26,250 nt of DNA from a bacterium (GTDB lineage: Bacteria > Zhuqueibacterota > Zhuqueibacteria > Oceanimicrobiales > Oceanimicrobiaceae). A model generated the notes under the pieces. The model did not search any database and was not told the origin of the DNA. It saw only the letters and a program-made list of their open reading frames with translations. The stretch lies in assembly GCA_046757165.1 (NCBI GenBank), contig JBHHXT010000055.1, forward strand, positions 1 through 26,250, in the 5' to 3' direction. The translations under genes and the position numbers were made by a program. This document shows, in pieces, positions 18,614 to 26,250 of this stretch; the stretch's first letter is position 1; each line of letters starts with the position of its first letter.

Positions 18614-20341
18614 ATGAATGGCGGCGACCTCATAGCAGAAACCTTGAAGGCCCACGGCGTCAGGTTTCTCTTCACCCTGTGCGGCGGACACATTTCTCCC
18701 ATTTTGGTCGGCTGCAAAGCCGTTGGGATTCGTGTCGTCGATGTTCGGCACGAGGGGACCGCTGTCTTTGCGGCAGATGCCGTGGCGCGGTTGACAGGTG
18801 TGCCGGGTGTGGCAGCCGTCACGGCGGGCCCGGGCGTGACCAACACGATTACGGCGGTCAAGAATGCGCAACTGGCGCAATCTGCGGTCGTCCTGCTGGG
18901 CGGGGCGACGGCCACCGCGCTAAAAGGGCGGGGCTCCCTGCAGGATATCGACCAGATGGCCCTCTTCAAACCGCACGTCAAGTGGGCCACCTCGGCCAAA
19001 CGTGTCCGCGACCTCGTTCCTGCCCTGCAACGCGCGTTCGTGGTCGCGCAGAGCGGTGTTCCCGGACCGGTCTTTGTCGAGTGTCCGGTTGACCTGCTTT
19101 ATCATGAATCGCTGATTCGGGACTGGTATGGCGTGAAGGCGCCGGGCGGGCGCTCGTTGGCAGAACGGGCGCTGCAAGTGTACCTGCGGTACCATGTCAA
19201 CCGGCTGTTTGCAGGCAGTTCGGACTTGCAGCCTTCGTCGCGAGAGCAGATCTCCATTCCGTTGCCCGAACCATCCCGAATCACCCAGGTCAGGCAGAAA
19301 TTGCAAACCGCGCAGCGGCCGGTGCTGTTGGTCGGCAGCCAGGCGGTCCTGGCGGCAAAGGAAGCTTCAGCAGTTGCGCAAGCTGTCGAGCGGTTGCAAA
19401 TGCCGGTCTATTTGTCCGGCATGGCCAGAGGGTTGCTTGGCCGGCACCATCCACTGCAAATGCGTCATAAACGGCGTCAGGCGTTCAAGGAAGCAGACCT
19501 TGTGCTCCTGGCTGGCGTGCCGTGCGATTTCAGGCTGGACTACGGCCGTCATATCCGCCGCGCAAGCTTTCTGGTGTCTGTCAATCGCAGCCGCACTGAC
19601 TTGACCCGGAACCGGCGTCCAAACATCGCCGTGCCCGGAGACCCGGGCCGGTTCTTGTGTCAACTCAGCGAGCAGCTCAACGAGCAGAGCCCCCGGCAAG
19701 ATTGGCTCGCCATGCTGCGAAAACGGGACCAGGAACGTGAACAGGAAATCGTTGCTCAGGCGGCACAGCAAACCGAGTTTGTCAATCCGCTTCGGCTTTG
19801 TCGCGCGGTCGAAACGCACCTTTCTGAGCAGAGTATTCTGGTAGCAGACGGGGGAGACTTCGTCGCCACCGCCTCCTACATCGTCAGCCCGCGCGCACCG
19901 CTGTGCTGGCTCGATCCGGGCGTTTTTGGCACGTTGGGCGTGGGCGCCGGGTTCGCCCTGGGCGCCAAACTCTGCCGGCCGGAGGCGGAAGTCTGGATTC
20001 TGTACGGGGATGGCTCTGTCGGCTACAGCTTGAGCGAATTTGATACTTTTGTCCGGCATCAGATTCCCGTGATTGCCCTGGTTGGCAACGACGCGTGCTG
20101 GATGCAGATTGCGCGGGACCAGGTTGAGATTCTGCAGGATGACGTCGGGACGGTCTTGAACCACGCGGATTATCATCTGGTGGCGCAAGCGTTTGGCGCC
20201 AAAGGCTATTTGCTAAAAGATGCGGGAGAGATCCCCACGATTCTGCAAAGCGCACGCGAATCGGCGGCCGCCGGCCGGCCGGTTTTGATCAACTCGTTGA
20301 TTGGTAAGACAGGGTTTCGCAAGGGGTCGCTTTCCATGTGA
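18614..20341 (+). CDS. TPP-dependent enzyme, acetolactate-synthase-like / 2-hydroxyacyl-CoA lyase (ILVBL/HACL2-like)
   Basis: [53 protein letters not shown]-binding GDGS...GND. Confidence 0.88.
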   Translation: MNGGDLIAETLKAHGVRFLFTLCGGHISPILVGCKAVGIRVVDVRHEGTAVFAADAVARLTGVPGVAAVTAGPGVTNTITAVKNAQLAQSAVVLLGGATATALKGRGSLQDIDQMALFKPHVKWATSAKRVRDLVPALQRAFVVAQSGVPGPVFVECPVDLLYHESLIRDWYGVKAPGGRSLAERALQVYLRYHVNRLFAGSSDLQPSSREQISIPLPEPSRITQVRQKLQTAQRPVLLVGSQAVLAAKEASAVAQAVERLQMPVYLSGMARGLLGRHHPLQMRHKRRQAFKEADLVLLAGVPCDFRLDYGRHIRRASFLVSVNRSRTDLTRNRRPNIAVPGDPGRFLCQLSEQLNEQSPRQDWLAMLRKRDQEREQEIVAQAAQQTEFVNPLRLCRAVETHLSEQSILVADGGDFVATASYIVSPRAPLCWLDPGVFGTLGVGAGFALGAKLCRPEAEVWILYGDGSVGYSLSEFDTFVRHQIPVIALVGNDACWMQIARDQVEILQDDVGTVLNHADYHLVAQAFGAKGYLLKDAGEIPTILQSARESAAAGRPVLINSLIGKTGFRKGSLSM

Positions 20342-20369
20342 GAGGCCGGATTTGCAGAGTTTTTGATCA

Positions 20370-20446
20370 CGCAAAGCCGCAAAGTCCGCAAAGAAAGAAT
20401 AAGCATCGTTTTTGTTTGAAAGCTTCGTGCTCTTAGCGTCTTTGCG
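20370..20446. repeat. Three CGCAAAG units mirrored by three inverted degenerate units (long imperfect hairpin)
   Basis: CGCAAAG at 20370, 20378, 20387; CTTCGTG 20423, CTTAGCG 20432, CTTTGCG 20440; spacings 8/9 mirrored as 9/8. Confidence 0.8.
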
Positions 20447-20573
20447 GTTAGGACGGAGTGGTCTCTCGGACAAAGTGAACTTTCAGCCCGCTTAGCCCGT
20501 TCAAGAACTCGAATCACACCCTTTATCACAGGATAGCTTTTTCACGATGCGTGACAGGAGGAGTAAGGACAAC

Positions 20574-21734
20574 GTGGCAAAGCGTGAGACCGGAACCGTC
20601 AAGTGGTTCAACCCTACCAGAGGCTATGGGTTTATAGAGAACGAAAACGGGACGGAGATATTTGTCCATCACAACGATATCGAGATGGCCGGCTACCGCC
20701 ATTTGCGCCGCGGCCAGGTGGTGAGCTTTGTTCTGGTGGATGAAGGCGAGGGGCCCAAGGCCATTGAGCTGATGGTCGAGGGCGACCCGGCCATGAGCTC
20801 TGACCTATCACCTGAAGGGACACCGGCCGCTCGGCCCACGCCGGGCTACCATTGCAACGAGATCATCGAGCTCGAAGAGGATCGCGAGCACGAATTCAAA
20901 AGTCTGAAAAATGCCAAGGATCCCATTCGAACCATCACCGAGTACTATGTTGAAAAATACATCAACGCTTTTCTCAACACCAATGGCGGCACCATCTACT
21001 TCGGGATTGATGACGATGGCCGGGTGCAAGGGTTGCGGTTGGACCGGGCTCAGCGCGACCGGCTGCGCACCATTATCAGCAAGCAGATCAACAAGTTCCA
21101 GCCTGCGGTCGAGCCGGACCTCTACAAAATCGAATTCATCGAGGTGCATGACAAGGAGTCAACTTATGTGGTCGAGATCCGGGTTTCGAAGGGCCCGGCC
21201 AACCTGTATATGACCGGCTCACAAAATTTCTACATCCGCCGCGACGGCAGCAATTTCTTGATGCCGTTTGACATGATTCGGGCGCGGTTGCAAGCCCCAC
21301 CACAAGCGCCGGTTCAAAGGCCCGGAGAAAAAAGTGCAGACGCCGGGGCCGGCGACCTGGCTGCGGCAGACCTGGATCTTGGTATTCTGTTGGCCATGAT
21401 CTTCATGAGCTGGAGCGACGAAAAACTATCGGAAAACGACATTAGCCTCATAGAGGAACGGGCGCGGGACGAAGGATTGGATGAGCAAGAAGCGAACATG
21501 CTCATGCAAGCCATCGTTCAGCCGCCGCTTTTGGAGACGGTGGTCTCCTACCTGCCCACACCGGAATCCCGCAAAGCGGCCGCCACCATCGCTTACCTGA
21601 CCGCCCTTTCCGACAGCGTGCTGGCCTCCAAAGAGCTCGCGGCCTTTGACAAAATGTGTGAGGCGTTGCAGATCTCGCAATCGGATCGCGATGAGATTCG
21701 AAAGCTGGGGGAAGGGCAGATTCGGCTGAGGTAG
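20574..21734 (+). CDS. Fusion protein: cold-shock domain + Schlafen/AlbA_2 domain + TerB-like helical domain
   Basis: GTVKWFN..RGYGFI (RNP1) and IFVH (RNP2); EDREHEFKS, AFLNTNGGTIYFGIDDDG, FYIRRDGS; then WSDEKLSEND...ALSDSVLASKE...CEALQI. GTG 20574 after a purine-rich SD (alternative ATG 20547). Confidence 0.82.
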   Translation: MAKRETGTVKWFNPTRGYGFIENENGTEIFVHHNDIEMAGYRHLRRGQVVSFVLVDEGEGPKAIELMVEGDPAMSSDLSPEGTPAARPTPGYHCNEIIELEEDREHEFKSLKNAKDPIRTITEYYVEKYINAFLNTNGGTIYFGIDDDGRVQGLRLDRAQRDRLRTIISKQINKFQPAVEPDLYKIEFIEVHDKESTYVVEIRVSKGPANLYMTGSQNFYIRRDGSNFLMPFDMIRARLQAPPQAPVQRPGEKSADAGAGDLAAADLDLGILLAMIFMSWSDEKLSENDISLIEERARDEGLDEQEANMLMQAIVQPPLLETVVSYLPTPESRKAAATIAYLTALSDSVLASKELAAFDKMCEALQISQSDRDEIRKLGEGQIRLR

Positions 21735-21850
21735 GCGTCCAGAGTCGGTTGCCATGGCTTCACCTCTCACGTCTGATGGTCGTGATTAATCCAGGCACTT
21801 GAAGAAAATGAAGACAATTTGCTGTCAATATAGTGAAAACAATTGATTTA

Positions 21851-21892
21851 GCCACGAATTTTCACGAATTGACACGAATGAATTCCGTGTGG
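21851..21892 (+). repeat. Triple CACGAAT repeat, 10-bp period, with a partial inverted unit
   Basis: CACGAAT at 21853, 21863, 21873, then aattccgtgtgg. Confidence 0.85.
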
Positions 21893-21962
21893 TTTTTTAT
21901 CGGTGTGGAATATTTGACCGTTCCCGACTGCCGGGCGGAACTAACGCAGGTTTACCAAAAAG

Positions 21963-24248
<2,286 letters not shown>

Positions 24249-24420
24249 TTGTTGAGCGGTAGCCTCCGTCCGCAGCCGTTGCAACGTGTGGTGATACCCA
24301 GCCAGGTCCCGGTGGTGGGGCAGCGAAACCCGTGTGTGCCGACGGTGCTGGATACTGCAAATTGCGCCAATCTGACATCAGTAGCGTTCTCGCTCTGTCA
24401 CAACCCTGTGGGTTTCTTGA

Positions 24421-24441
24421 TTTCGGTGACCTTCGGCGGTC
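24421..24441 (-). repeat. Two-unit CRCCGAA repeat, 18/18 identical to 2651-2668
   Basis: Reverse complement of 24422-24439 is ccgccgaaggtcaccgaa. Confidence 0.75.
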
Positions 24442-24469
24442 TTAGATTTTTCCCTGGACCGTGAACTGG

Positions 24470-26078
<1,609 letters not shown>

Positions 26079-26149
26079 TTGCAAAAGATAAGTCATTTTA
26101 TGCAAGATAGCAACATAAATGTTTCCGCAAGCCTGACAAAGGGCTCTCC

Positions 26150-26186
26150 CACCGAGGGGCGCCGAAGTCACCGAACACCACCGAAA
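26150..26186 (+). repeat. Four CRCCGAA units, period 9-10 bp
   Basis: caccgagggg cgccgaagt caccgaacac caccgaa; inverted cttcggc near 26220. Confidence 0.7.
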
Positions 26187-26250
26187 TTTTCTTGCACGCC
26201 TCTGAATTGACAGATTGGCCTTCGGCAAAAAAGGGTTTGGAGTTAGTTAG

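Noticed and set aside
19367..20188. 273-aa ORF antisense to the TPP enzyme
   Set aside because: Shadow ORF with no motifs
24249..24420. Spacer between convergent yyaL and thiC as a small gene, HicA-like remnant or ncRNA
   Set aside because: Only a weak LPHHRDL resemblance on the minus strand; no convincing ORF or structure

Overview
GC-rich bacterial chromosomal window, mostly housekeeping and envelope genes. The gene content suggests a diderm, possibly an FCB-related lineage (inference only). In order: C-terminal remnant of a type III restriction endonuclease gene; yjbQ-thiL; lutC and a lutB/CCG fusion; a minus-strand pyrF-pyrE-thrB operon; a DAACS symporter; a ZIP metal transporter; a CBM9/DUF5916-type outer-membrane protein divergent from two tandem Omp85-like genes, tsaD and a vWA membrane protein; an ILVBL/HACL2-like TPP enzyme; a three-domain cold-shock/Schlafen(AlbA_2)/TerB-like fusion; a YyaL/SPATA20-family protein; and thiC under a TPP riboswitch with a readable terminator/antiterminator. 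The best candidate for a new system is the CSD-Schlafen-TerB fusion (20574..21734), a possible sensor-regulated RNase or defence protein. Short-period (8-10 bp) triplet repeats of three motif types (CACGAAT, CRCCGAA, CGCAAAG) recur at many gene junctions, including both sides of that fusion gene. All protein calls come from recognising motifs by eye; no searches were run.
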